Source: Eledone cirrhosa
Taxonomy: Eukaryota
Length of the DNA stretch: 64,000 nt
Direction of reading: 5' to 3'
NCBI GenBank assembly: GCA_964016885.1
Contig: OZ024740.1
Location: 182,156,001-182,220,000, forward strand
Positions 1 to 12,484 of the stretch are shown one piece after another; within the stretch, counting starts at the first letter, position 1, and each line of letters begins with the position of its first letter. The translations under genes were made by a program, and so were the position numbers. The notes below the pieces were generated by a model that saw nothing but the letters and a program-made list of their open reading frames with translations, had not been told where the DNA came from and ran no database searches.

Positions 1-159
1 TCCTTTTCTTCGTTTTGTCTTTCTTTCTTTCGTTTTTCCCTCTTTTCTTTCTCTCTTTCTTTCTCTCTGTATTTTCACTGCTAGCGTAAACCTCTTCAAA
101 TGAAGTTGATGTTTATTACGGTATGTCGAATATATTTATCTATAAAACTGTTTATATTG

Positions 160-225
160 TATTTTGTCTGATGAAGGCATAGCATATTGTTAATATGATA
201 TCCCCGAAATATATATAATGAAATA
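160..225 (+). ncRNA. Type I hammerhead ribozyme motif (Penelope-like pLTR relic)
   Basis: Stem I TATTTTGT(160-167)/ATGAAATA(218-225). Core CTGATGA at 168-174. 14-nt stem II arms AGGCATAGCATATT/AATATGATATCCCC with 3 mismatches, including A10.1-C11.1. GAAA at 206-209, palindromic stem III TATATA, UA cleavage site at 216-217, followed by AATAAA. Confidence 0.65.
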
Positions 226-292
226 AATATGGTTTTATAAATATAGTTTTCCATTTATTTAATATTATATATAAATATATATATATAAATAT

Positions 293-3200
293 CATCATCA
301 TCATCATCATCATCAACGTTTAACGTCCGTGTTCCACGCTTGCATGGGTTTGGACGGGGGTAGTCCCACTTGAGGCAAGAGTGATTGTCTTGCTCGCATA
401 GGACTGTCTGGCAGGTTTTCTACAGTTGGATGCCCTTCCTAACACCAACCACATTTACAGTGTGGGTCTGGGAGGTTTTTACCGTGTTGCCTACACGGCC
501 ACATTACAGCGTGGACTGTGTGTTTTTTTTGTCGTGACACCTACACGATCTCATTTGTTTCGGCCTGGATGGCGCGGCACCAACATAACTTTACATAGAA
601 CAGGGTGGTGTGGATGGGGTGGGGGTGGGGGTGGTGGGACGGGGTGTATTTTGTTAGAGATGCCTACTGGCTGGAGTAGGTTTTACTATGTATTTAGGTA
701 AGGCGGGTCTTCTCTGTTACTGAGTACCGCCAAAGGTCTCAGTCCAGTGACATTGTCTTGGAGAGGTGTAAGCGTGTGAGGTCGGAGTTTATCAGCTCAT
801 CCCAGGTTTTTCTAGGTCTGCCTATTCCGTGGCTACCGTCTATCTTTATTGCCCTGCACTTTGTTATACAGCTATCGACTTTCATGCGCATCACGTGTCC
901 ATACCAACGTAGCCTTCACTCGAGTAAACAACATCTGATCCCTCTTATCTCTAATTTTTTCCTTAGTTCGTTTATGCTTTGCCATTCACGTATATTACTG
1001 TTACACATCCAGCGGAGCATGCAAGCTTCGTTCCTCTCTAGTCTGCGTATATCCTCTGCACACAATGCCCAGGTCTCACTGCCATGCAACATTGCTGTTC
1101 GTATGCAGGCATCGTACAACCTGCCTTTCATTTTTAGGGAGAACCCTTTAGCAGCTAATAGTGGTATAACTCTCTGAACTTTTTCCAACCATTTCTGACT
1201 CTAGCTACTGTACTTTCAGAGCACCATCCCCCACTGCTGATTTTATCGCCCAGGTAACGGAAGCTGTCCACTATTTCTATAGAACCCTCTGCGCAATCGA
1301 AAGAGCTAGTATTTAGTGGGCACTTGCTGCTACTTATTGCACCAGAGCACCGGCCACATGTAAAATCTATGTTCTTAGTTAGCTTACCTGTGATCCCACT
1401 ACATCTTGTATGCACCCATACTTTGCATTTAGGACGTAAAATGGAGTTTCTACCTACGCCTTTCCTACACACCGAGCACAACCATTTCCCAGAAGGGACC
1501 GCCGCCTTGTTTTCTTTCCTACAAACTAGAACTTTAGTCTTAGCCAGGTTAATTTTAAGTCCTTTTGACTCTAGGCCGTGCTTCCATGTTTGGAATTTCT
1601 TCTCTAGCTCGGCCATTGATTCAGCTATGAGTGTCAGGTCGTCTGCGTATAGGAGTTCCCATGGGCAGCCGGTCTTGAACTCCTCTGTTATAGCCTGAAG
1701 GGCAATAATAAATAGTAGGGGGCTGAGAACAGAACCCTGATGGACGCCAACTTTTACGCTAAACTCTTCACTATATTCGTTGTTAATTCTAACCTTGCTG
1801 ACTGTTTCTTTATACATGGCTTGTATAGCCATCACAAGCCATTCGTCAATGCCTAGTTTTCCAAGAGCCCACCAGATAATGGAGCGGGGGACTCTGTCGA
1901 AGGCTTTCTCCAAGTCGACAAAAGCTAAGTAGAGGGGTTTACCTTTAGCTAGGTACTTCTCCTGTAGTTGTCGTACAATGAAAAGAGCGTCTGTGGTACT
2001 TTTTCCTGACACAAACCCGAACTGCATTTCATCTAGGTCAATTCTCTCTCTGATTAGTTGCGCTATTACTTTTTCCGTGACCTTCATGAACTGGTCGATT
2101 AATTTAATGCCTCTATAGTTACTCCTATCTAGGGCGTCTCCTTTACCCTTATAACAGTTAACGATGATGCTGCTATGCCAGTCCTTCGGAACACCCCATT
2201 CTGTACGACTTGGTTAACTATGCGGGTGACCATGGTGTGTCCCACCGTGCCAGATGCCTTCAGCATCTCAGCAACTATTTCCGAAGGCCCAGCCGCCTTA
2301 CCCGTCTTCATATCCTTGATTGCCTTACTTATTATACTCCCCTCGACTAACACTGCTGGTCCCTCTATTTGGTCGATATGGGGGAGACTGTCTTGCTCCC
2401 ATTTATTCTCCTCATTTAGTAGCCTTTCATAGTGACACTTCCAAGCTACCTTCTTATCAGCGTCGGTGATGGCAAGTGTGCCATCATCGTTTAGTACACA
2501 CTTCTCCCCGACAATATCACGGTTTTCCTTGACGCATTGCCTAGCAATCCTGAACACCTCACGTTTTTGGTCCTCGCGTTGTAGAACATGCTTGAACTTT
2601 CTTTCCTCTGCTTCCCTTCTTGCTAAGTACACTTGTCTCCTAGCTTCCCTCCTGGCCACTTGATAGTCTTCTCTACTTCCCCCATCCCGCCATACTTTCC
2701 AAGCCTGCTTTTTGGCCTTAATTGACCCCTCCACTTTACTGTTCCACCACCATGTTACTCTCCTCCTGCCTACAGGCCTGCTCCAGCCACAGACTTCGTC
2801 TGTCGCCATCAGCAGGTTTGCTTTCAGAAATTCCCACTGTCCCTCTATATTGTCCGACTGTAAATGTTCTTCCTTACTGTCGAAAGCATCAAGTAATATG
2901 CTTTGAAATTTATTTCTGGCTGTGGGGTCCTTTAGCTTCCATATTTTTCTCCTGAGGATAGTCCTCTTCTGCTGTCGAGTACGTCTCGTCCTGACTATGA
3001 GGTCGCTCATTATCAGTCTATGTTGGGAGGTGCATTCTTCATGGGGGAGGGATTTAGTGTTTACAACAGACACTCTGTCACGTCTTCTGCTAAGGATATA
3101 ATCTACCTGGCTTGTGTGTTCCCCGGATCTATAGGTGATCAGGTGATTGTCACGTTTTTTGAAGTTAGTGTTACAGATAGTTAGGTTATTTGCATCACAG

Positions 3201-4112
3201 AATTCCAGGATTCTGGAGCCTTCCTCATTTCTAGTACCAAACCCATAGCCTCCATGGATTTCGTCGTAGCCGTCACAATGTTGTCCAACGTGACCATTTA
3301 GGTCGCCTGCAATAATTATATAGTCACTGTCGGATATTTGGGAGGTAGTTAGCATCAGTGTCTCATAGAATCTGTCTTTTATAGTGCCGGGCAGTCCGGA
3401 TTGGGGTGCGTACGCAGATATTACTGTCACCGTAGTTCTATTGAGGACAAGTCGTATTTTAATTATTTTGTCGTTCTTTCTATTTACGTCTATTATCTTA
3501 TCTGCCCACTTTTCTGCTACCATGATTCCTACTCCACCCAGCCCATCGTCGTTTCCCACCCAGAAAAGCTTATAACATCGTTTTTTACCCTCAATGAATA
3601 TAGCAGACCCACCCCTCCACCTGGTCTCTTGAATACAACAAACATCGACCTCCTTACGTTCAAGCATTTCTACAACCTCGTTAGCGCGACCCTTTAGGGT
3701 GCCTACATTTATGGTACCAACTCTGAAGTTTTGGATTGCGGTGGGGGGCGGGGGGAGATGGGGTTATGTTAGCCATCCGCGGACGAAACAAAGAGGAGTG
3801 CTCGCATTCTCGTCCACGAGGTGAATTTGACTTTAACTTCGGCATTTTCGCTGAGCGTCCAGATTTTTCTCTCCCTTCCACTCTCCAGGATTCCGCAGTC
3901 CATCCATCCATCCATCATATATCGAAGGCAACCGGGCAAGCGATAGTATAGGCCTCTGGCTTATGATTGGTCCGCGTAATAATAATAATGGTGACGCGTG
4001 GGGGGGGGGGGGCTCTGGCTTATGATTGGTCCACGTATTAAGAATGGTGGTGTATGGGAGGGGTGTGGGGTAGCTAGCTGGAAGGTTATGATTGTTTAAC
4101 AAGCGATTAACA
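293..4112 (-). mobile_element. Full-length degenerate RTE-clade LINE (family A)
   Basis: AP endonuclease (CIQETRW, AGDLNGH, SQHR) and RT (FVDLEKAFDRV, HQGSVLSP, YADD), a 3' (GAT)n tail, and a 5' UTR with duplicated CCAAT motif. A low-complexity 20-bp direct repeat AAATATATATATATAAATAT at 273-292 and 4113-4132 is consistent with a TSD. Confidence 0.95.
694..3776 (-). pseudogene. Frameshifted RTE ORF (AP endonuclease + reverse transcriptase + PHD-type finger)
   Basis: ORF pieces 3681-3911, 2129-3667, 1155-2087 and 916-1188 are colinear with the near-intact ORF at 12485-15601. Confidence 0.93.
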
Positions 4113-4243
4113 AAATATATATATATAAATATATATATATAAATATATATATATACACATACATACATATACACATACATACATATACACATACATACAT
4201 ACATATACATATATAAATATATATATATATACACATACATATA

Positions 4244-4568
4244 TGCAGCGAAATCTGTCCCCCGCCTTGAGCCCTAGGTGACACTTAAAGGTCAAATTCT
4301 AAGTCACCACCCTTTTGGCGTAAACAATTTGATGCGTGAGCGGTCTCTCGAGGCAGAGGACAAACGAAGTTGGAGATATAAATAGCCTGTACCAGGAGAG
4401 AGATGGTTCAATCACCATGAGGACTACAACCACTGACTGCAACGACCAACAGACATATTCTGGCTACTCGCTGTTTCACATCAACAACAAAAAACATCAT
4501 CAATTTTTGTGGCTCTTGGTAACCTATTTCTTGTTCTTTTTAACTGAAGCGAAATAAATTTTATATCA
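4244..4568 (+). mobile_element. Possible solo LTR
   Basis: 325-bp unique segment between TA-rich tracts. Starts with TG and ends with CA, has TATAAATA near 4377 and AATAAA near 4553. No TSD and no second copy found. Confidence 0.35.
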
Positions 4569-4633
4569 AAAGTAAATATATATATGTGTATGTATGTATG
4601 TAAATACATATGTATGTATATACATATGTATGA

Positions 4634-5245
4634 ATGTCGGGTCACTCTTGAGTGTTACCCAGTACAACCTGTCGCATGGTCAGGTCAATGGCGACTAAAC
4701 CGGCAACTCCACGAAGTGTACTTGGCGAGGAGGGTGATTTTGGACACCCTGCAGGACAAAAAACAAAACCTGACAAGACAAAGGGCGGTAGAACTCATAA
4801 GAGTCAACAGCCATCCAAATGTGTGTAAATATGTATATATGCATGGGTGTATATGTGTATATGTGTATATGCATGGGTGCATGTGTATGTATATGCGCGG
4901 GGACATAGAAATAGTCGGGTTGGACACCCTATCGCCTGATTAAAGCACTGGGTGTGAAGGAACCCTAGCCTTTGTCAGGACATTCCTCTAGGAGAAGGCA
5001 ACTCAGGAAACTGGGATAACTCCAATATAAAACCTGCGGCTCAGTAGTTACCGATGATGTTGAACTTTTCTTCTTTTCGGGTTATAGCTACTGTTGCTCA
5101 GAGAGTGGGATTGGCTCAGTGCACAGTCTTTCCTCACTTTAAGAAATATCTTCACGCAGAGGCATTGCACGATAGAATTAATAAATAATTATTAATAATG
5201 GTATATCGTGCTTTGGCCATACTCGATAATGTGGGGGCAGCCATC
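4634..5245 (+). mobile_element. Non-autonomous RTE-derived element (5' UTR-like part plus short 3' end), interrupted by a microsatellite
   Basis: Contains CTAGGAGAAGGCAACTC, resembling the RTE 5' UTR motif, and an HDV-like fold relic at 4661-4789. Its 3' end recurs inverted at ~15946-15990, and an internal piece recurs at ~5336-5403. No ORF. Confidence 0.45.
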
Positions 5246-5662
5246 ATGTATGTATGTATGTAAGAAGGTATGTATCTTTGCATCCAACGATGCAGATTAG
5301 TTCTTCTTTTGGGACAAATGTATTCGATGTTCAAAGAGTGGGTTTGGCCCTGTGCAAAGCCTTTCTTCGCTTAAAAAAACTTCAAGCACAGGCATCGCTT
5401 GATATTTGACATTTTCTTGCAATGCATGTCATTGCTGTCCATAGGCACGTCACTAGCAGAACTAAAAAAAACATGTATGTGATGCTCATGATTAAGTATC
5501 AAGCAATGACATTACTCAAAAGTTGCAGCTATACCATGATGTATGTGTGTGTGTGTGTTTATGTGTCTCTATGTAAACGGTAAACCAAAATAACAACTGA
5601 ATCAGTACAGTATATGGAGGAATATATTAGTTTAATGTTTAACATTTAAAATAGCAGGAAGA

Positions 5663-5741
<79 letters not shown>

Positions 5742-5842
5742 GTATTGAAATTTCCGTTGAAAACAGAAAAGGTCATAGAAGTGAAGAGTGCTCTATGTAA
5801 ATATCAGAGCAAAATTTAATGTATAAAAATCAATACAATATA

Positions 5843-5920
5843 ATTACCTCATTACCAGAGGTTTCCCGAATGAGGCGAATACGAAAGAAACGTCTTCATT
5901 CGTTCGTCAGACGAGGCAAT
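5843..5920 (-). ncRNA. Type I hammerhead ribozyme in Penelope pLTR
   Basis: On the minus strand: ATTGCCTCGT / CTGACGA / A-CGAATGA...TCATTCG-G / GAAA / CC-TCT-GG / TA / ATGAGGTAAT. Stem I is 10 bp with 2 G-U pairs. Non-canonical A10.1-G11.1. Confidence 0.8.
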
Positions 5921-6618
5921 ATAAAACATGGGTAAATACTTGGAAAGTCTCATCAAGAAAAGCAAAAAAACAAAAAAGATATAGACAAATGAATTAGAAT
6001 ATGAAATATATAATAATCTTTCAAGAAAAATAGTTAGGTGTGTGTATATGTATGTATATACGCTTACAGATGTGCATATATGTGTATGCACATATGTATA
6101 CGTATAGTGAAAAAGTGTGCGTAAATATATAATTTAGGGCAAATGTATCTGTATGTCTGTAATCTACAGACAGAATAGATACATCATAAGAATATGAAGG
6201 CACGCACATAAACACACCCACACACACGTACACTTGGATGCGGAAGTAAAAGAGGTAAGGGAGTGTAATAATTAAAGGAAAGTATCAATCTCGATATATT
6301 TATAAAAATGAAACAATAATTTAGAAATAAAAAATTAAAGAAAAGAAGACAAAAAAGGTACATACATATACACACACGTATATCTCACATAAGAAACGCA
6401 AAAATATACATGCTTATATATACACGCACACTTACACATCCATACGTTCGATACGTACACACACACACACACACACACACATACTTACACTCACGCATAT
6501 TGACCTGTTTGCATGCACACCCATAAAAATGAGTAAGTAAAAAAAGGGGGGAACAAAAAAGGAACAAAACATAAAACCTAGATGTAAAAACACGGATATA
6601 AAGACACTTACACATACG

Positions 6619-6669
<51 letters not shown>

Positions 6670-7122
6670 GCACGCGCGCGCACATACGTAGTCGCTCATG
6701 TACATATATAGAATGTATACACACATTAAGGTGTTCAGCCACATGGATACAGGGTGTAAAAAACTTTTGGATAAGTAAGTACAAATATAAAATTATAAAA
6801 TTGTAAGATTGGCTGCGCAAAAATAAAAAATAAAATATATCTGAAGTGGAAAACACAAATGACATGTTTAATCAGTTAGTGAAGGAAATAGGGAAGTAAA
6901 AAAATGGAAAGTGAAAATATTAGGTAAGTGAATCGGAGAATAAAGGGGGGGTTATTGGTGGATGTGAAGTAGAAATAAAAAAATAATAATATATGAAAAA
7001 AAAAAAAAGAAAAAGAAAAGAAAAAAAAAATATATAAAAAAAAAATAAATAAATGAAATTAATGATAAGGATAAAAATGAAAGTAAATCAGAAAAGGTAA
7101 TTATAAAGAGAATAATAAGGGT

Positions 7123-8403
7123 TTATGGAGGATAAGTATCTGAAAGTGTGTTAAGCTTATATGAGCTGGAAAGCAGGTGTGATTTCATGTGTGGGCAACT
7201 GGTGAAAATTTCCGTCTTTGTGTTCAGGCAGGTCTTTGGTGATTTTAGATTTTGCAATATCCAATATTTTTCATTTATGCAGAGCGTGCATTTTCTGGTT
7301 ACTCTAGCATATTCTTTAGATTGGTTCAAAATTGACCAATCTAATTTATATTGGATGCCTTGGTCTTTCAAATCCCAAATTATGCTAGCCAGAGCTGTTG
7401 TAAATCTTTTTTCTGGATGTCGAAAGGATGCGACATGTGAGTAATAACGCGTTTTGAATTTGTCTTGCGTCATACCCACATATCGTTCACTGGTGGCTGG
7501 ATGGTTGTTGCTGATGGTTGTCACTTTAGCCGCATATACAATGGCTTTGGTGTTGCATTTACCTTGTAATGGGCATTCACTTTTGATTCTACAGGAGTAA
7601 GTTTGATTTTCTCTAGGTGATATTTTGTTGATATAGGACTTAATGGGGGGACCGCAGGAATAGCTAATTTTGACACAGTTTCTGTTAAAGATCTTATAGT
7701 ATCTATGAGTTCTAGGGAAATGTTTATCTAGGAACTCTAGGAATGTTTTGCCTACATTAGTTTTAACTGCTAGAGAGTAGGGGTGTGTGAACCAGATTGT
7801 TTTTCTTTTCCTGTTTTTATGTTTAATAGACTTAGTATAGTTGGGTATGTATTTAATCGGTTCGCTAAAACCGCTATTTTGGAGGGCTTTATTATAGTAG
7901 GGGAATGCCTTATTAAAAATAGCTTCTGAGGAAGAGAGGGTGGAGATCCTACGGCTAATATTAGGGATAAGATTTTTAAAAACTATAGGTGGATGGCAAG
8001 AGCCTTTATTTATATATTTTAAGGTTTCATTAGGTTTATGGTATGGTGTATAAGAAGCAGTACGCAAATCTAGGTTTATATCTAGGAAATCTACATTGGA
8101 AAGGTTAGTGTCAATAGTAATTTTAAGATTTAAACTAGCGAAGGTTTTTATTAAGTCTTTCCTTAATCTATCTAAGTTATGTCCTATGGTGGTATGGGAA
8201 AGTATTAGACCATCGACCCGATAAAGCCCAAAAATATGGTTAGGAAATTTTTCTTTAAGAGTATGTAGGAGGAATAGGCCGACCAGATGACAAACATCAG
8301 CACTGTCATAAGAGCCCATTGAGACATCGAATGGGTTCTCTGGGTTAGATATTTTTACCCAAGTGTCATTATCATTAAAAAGTAGAGTGTTTCTAGCGTG
8401 CAA
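7123..8403 (-). CDS. Penelope-like reverse transcriptase (C-terminal part) + Cys-rich linker + GIY-YIG endonuclease; catalytic motif mutated
   Basis: MGSYDSA motif, YRVDG (degenerate YRDDG), FLDINLDL, YHKP, SCHPP, linker SCRIKSECPLQGKC, IVY...RYVG-R and CTLCINEK...LN. Confidence 0.9.
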   Translation of the reverse strand: MHARNTLLFNDNDTWVKISNPENPFDVSMGSYDSADVCHLVGLFLLHTLKEKFPNHIFGLYRVDGLILSHTTIGHNLDRLRKDLIKTFASLNLKITIDTNLSNVDFLDINLDLRTASYTPYHKPNETLKYINKGSCHPPIVFKNLIPNISRRISTLSSSEAIFNKAFPYYNKALQNSGFSEPIKYIPNYTKSIKHKNRKRKTIWFTHPYSLAVKTNVGKTFLEFLDKHFPRTHRYYKIFNRNCVKISYSCGPPIKSYINKISPRENQTYSCRIKSECPLQGKCNTKAIVYAAKVTTISNNHPATSERYVGMTQDKFKTRYYSHVASFRHPEKRFTTALASIIWDLKDQGIQYKLDWSILNQSKEYARVTRKCTLCINEKYWILQNLKSPKTCLNTKTEIFTSCPHMKSHLLSSSYKLNTLSDTYPP

Positions 8404-8482
8404 GATGACATTCTCTTCATTATCGGAGATATTAGTAAACCCTCTAGCGAAATTTAAAGCTTTCGCTAAATATATATATAAT

Positions 8483-9965
8483 CAGTCAGCAAGGTTAGAA
8501 TTAACAACGAGTATAGTGAAGAGTTTAGCGTAAAAGTTGGTGTTCATCAGGGCTCTGTTCTTAGCCCCCTATTATTTATTATTGCCCTTCAGGCTATAAC
8601 AGTGGAGTTCAAGACCGGCTGCCCATGGGAACTCCTATACGCAGATGATCTAATGCTCATAGCTGAATCAATGGCCGAGCTAGAGAAGAAATTCCAAACA
8701 TGGAAGCACGGCCTAGAATCAAAAGGCCTTAAAATTAACCTGGCTAAGACTAAAGTTCTAGTTTGTAGGAAAGAAAATAAGGCGCCGGTCCCTTCCGGGA
8801 AATGGCCATGCTCAGTGTGTAGGAAAGGCGTAGGTAGAAACTCCATTTTATTTCCCAAATGCAAAGTATGGGTGCATAACAGATGTAGTGGGATCACAGG
8901 TAAGCTAACTAAGAACATAGATTTTACATGTGGCCGGTGCTCTGGTGCAATAAGTAGCAGCAAGTGCCCAAAAAATACTAGCTATTTCAATTGCGCAGAG
9001 GGTTCTATAGAAATAGTGGACAGCTTCCGTTACCTGGGTGACAAAATCAGCAGTGGGAGAGGGTGCTCTGAAAGTACAGTAGCTAGAGTCAGAACTGGAT
9101 GGAAAAAGTTCAGAGAGCTTATACCACTATTAGCCGCTAAAGGTTTCTCCCTAAAAATGAAAGGCAGGTTGTATGATGCCTGCATACGAACAGCAATGTT
9201 GCATGGCAGTGACACCTGGGCATTGTGTGCAGAGTATATACGCAGACTAGAGAGGAACGAAGCTTGCATGCTCCGCTGGATGTGTAATAGTAATATACGT
9301 GAACGGCAAAGAATAAACGAACTAAGGGAAAAATTAGAAATAAGAGGGATCAGATGTTGTTTACTCGAGAGAAGGCTACGTTGGTATGGTCACGTGATGC
9401 GCATGAAAGACGACAGCTGTATAAAAAAGTGCAGGGCAATAAAGATAGACGGTAGCCACGGAGTAGGCAGACCCAGAAAAACCTGGGACGACCTGATAAA
9501 TTCCGACCTCACACACTTACACCTCTCCAAGACAATGTCACTGGACCGAGATCTTTGGCGGTACTCAGTAATGGAGAAGACCCGCCTTACCTAAATACAA
9601 AGTAAAACCTACTACAGTTAGTAGGCATCTCTAACAAAATATAACCCCGTCCCACCGCCCCCACCCCATTCACACCGCCCCTTTCAATGTAAAGTTATGT
9701 TGGTGCCACAACATCCAGGCCGAAACAAATGAGATCGTGTAGGTGTCACGACAAAAAAAACACATAGTCAACGCTGTAATGTGGCCTTGTCGGCAACACT
9801 GTAAAAATCTCCCAGCCCCACACTGTAAATGTGGTTGGTGTTAGGAAGGGCAACCAGCTGTAGAAAACCCACCAGACAGTCCTATGCGAGCAAGACAACC
9901 ACTCTTGCCTCAAGTGGGAAAACTCCCGTCCAAACCCATGCAAGCGTGGAACATGGACGTTAAAC

Positions 9966-10007
<42 letters not shown>
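8483..10007 (+). mobile_element. 5'-truncated RTE LINE (family A)
   Basis: ORF 8602-9594 (YADD, PHD-type finger, RLRWYGHV, GRPRKTW). The 3' UTR and (GAT)n tail are close to identical to the reverse complement of 293-1805. Confidence 0.95.
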
Positions 10008-10172
10008 ATATATAGGGTGAAAGCAGCGATTCTTTGCTTAAACTTTAATCTGTTATTTTAATAAATATCATCATCATCATCATCGTTTAACGTCCGTGTT
10101 CCACGCTTGCATGGGTTTGGACGGGAGTTTTCCCACTTGAGGCTAGAGTGGTTGTCTTGCTCGCATAGGACT

Positions 10173-10598
<426 letters not shown>

Positions 10599-12245
10599 TT
10601 GGATATTTACCATGCGGTATTCTAATTCTATTGTATCTCTCTCAGTTATTTACCATGCGACCCTCAGTTCCTACCCCTCCCCCCTCTCTATGCACTTCTT
10701 TAAGGCTTACTACCCTGTCTTTAACCTAATTCATTCAATCTGAAAATATTGAAGAGATAAGACACTTTCCCATTCTTCTCTGCTAAAATGTATCACTAGA
10801 GCTGCTGATTCCAATTTTCCCAGCCAGCCATCCATCTAATCTACGAAGGTATTTTAGCCTACATATTGTCGTTAATATTATGATGTTCCCTGCTGTATTA
10901 GCGTTAAATTTTCCCTGCTGTATTAGCGATAAATTTTCGAGGGTTTCTCTTAGTAGTTTTTTTTCATGACGTTATTATTGTTAATTTTACTGATGTAGTA
11001 TTAACTTATTAACTTGGATATTTTCCATGCGGTATTCTAATCCTATTGTATCTCTCTCAGTTATTTACCATGCGACCCTCAGTTCCTACCCCCCCCCTCT
11101 CTATGCACTTCTTTAAGGCTTACTACCCTGTCTTTAACCTAATTCATTCAATCTGAAAATATTGAAGAGATAAGACACTTTCCCATTCTTCTCTGCTAAA
11201 ATGTATCACTAGAGCTGCTGATTCCAATTTTCCCAGCCAGCCATCCATCTAATCTACGAAGGTATTTTAGCCTACATATTGTCGTTAATATTATGATGTT
11301 CCCTTCTGTATTAGCGTTAAATTTTCCCTGCTGTATTAGCGATAAATTTTCGAGGGTTTCTCTTAGTAGTTTTTTTCATGACGTTATTATTGTTAATTTT
11401 ACTGATGTAGTATTAACTTATTAACTTGGATATTTACCATGCGGTATTCTAATCCTATTGTATCTCTCTCAGTTATTTACCATGCGACCCTCAGTTCCTA
11501 CCCCCCCCCCCCTCTCTATGCACTTCTTTAAGGCTTACTACCCTGTCTTTAACCTAATTCATTCAATCTGAAAATATTGAAGAGATAAGACACTTTCCCA
11601 TTCTTCTCTGCTAAAATGTATCACTAGAGCTGCTGATTCCAATTTTCCCAGCCAGCCATCCATCTAATCTACGAAGGTATTTTAGCCTACATATTGTCGT
11701 TAATATTATGATGTTCCCTGCTGTATAAGCGTTAAATTTTCCCTGCTGTATTAGCGATAAATTTTCGAGGGTTTCTCTTAGTAGTTTTTTTCATGACGTT
11801 ATTATTGTTAATTTTACTGATGTAGTATTAACTTATTAACTTGGATATTTACCATGCGACCCTCAGTTCCTACCCCCCCCCCTCTCTATGCACTTCTTTA
11901 AGGCTTACTACCCTGTCTTTAACCTAATTCATTCAATCTGAAAATATTGAAGAGATAAGACACTTTCCCATTCTTCTCTGCTAAAATGTATCACTAGAGC
12001 TGCTGATTCCAATTTTCCCAGCCAGCCATCCATCTAATCTACGAAGGTATTTTAGCCTACATATTGTCGTTAATATTATGATGTTCCCTGCTGTATTAGC
12101 GTTAAATTTTCCCTGCTGTATTAGCGATAAATTTTCGAGGGTTTCTCTTAGTAGTTTTTTTCATGACGTTATTATTGTTAATTTTACTGATGTAGTATTA
12201 ACTTATTAACTTGGATATTTACCATGCGACCCTCAGTTCCTACCT
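10599..12245 (+). repeat. Tandem array of ~413-bp monomers (4 full + partial) upstream of the RTE ORF
   Basis: Units start at 10599, 11014, 11426, 11841 and 12211 (415, 412, 415 and 370 bp, then partial). They are near-identical; the last two starts lack an internal ~43-bp duplication bounded by TATTTACCATGCG. Confidence 0.95.
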
Positions 12246-12484
12246 CACAATTTCCCCCCCCCCCCCCACACACCACCATAGTCTATTCGACCAATCAAAC
12301 CTAGCATGCCATTTCCACTGCTGCTGCTGCTACTACCTGCCTAACTAACTCTCTCCTCCTCTGGCGCATCCCAACACACCCTGCCATTACCCCACCACCA
12401 CTGTCCTTCTAGCCCTCAATTTTCCCACCGTTATGGATGGATGAGCTGGGAATACACGAGCAACTCTGAATCAATAGATGAAAT

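Larger units (their letters stand above)
5741..8469 (-). mobile_element. 5'-truncated Penelope-like element (Naiad-type), RT + GIY-YIG with 3' pLTR
   Basis: RT with C-terminal GIY-YIG ORF and a 3' region carrying a hammerhead. The same pLTR sequence recurs at 54772-54926. Both ends abut (TA)n. Confidence 0.85.

Noticed and set aside
10599-12245. Tandem array as a CRISPR array or ribozyme array
   Set aside because: There are no unique spacers or cas genes and the context is eukaryotic. I found no CUGANGA/GAAA or HDV-like fold in the monomer by eye.
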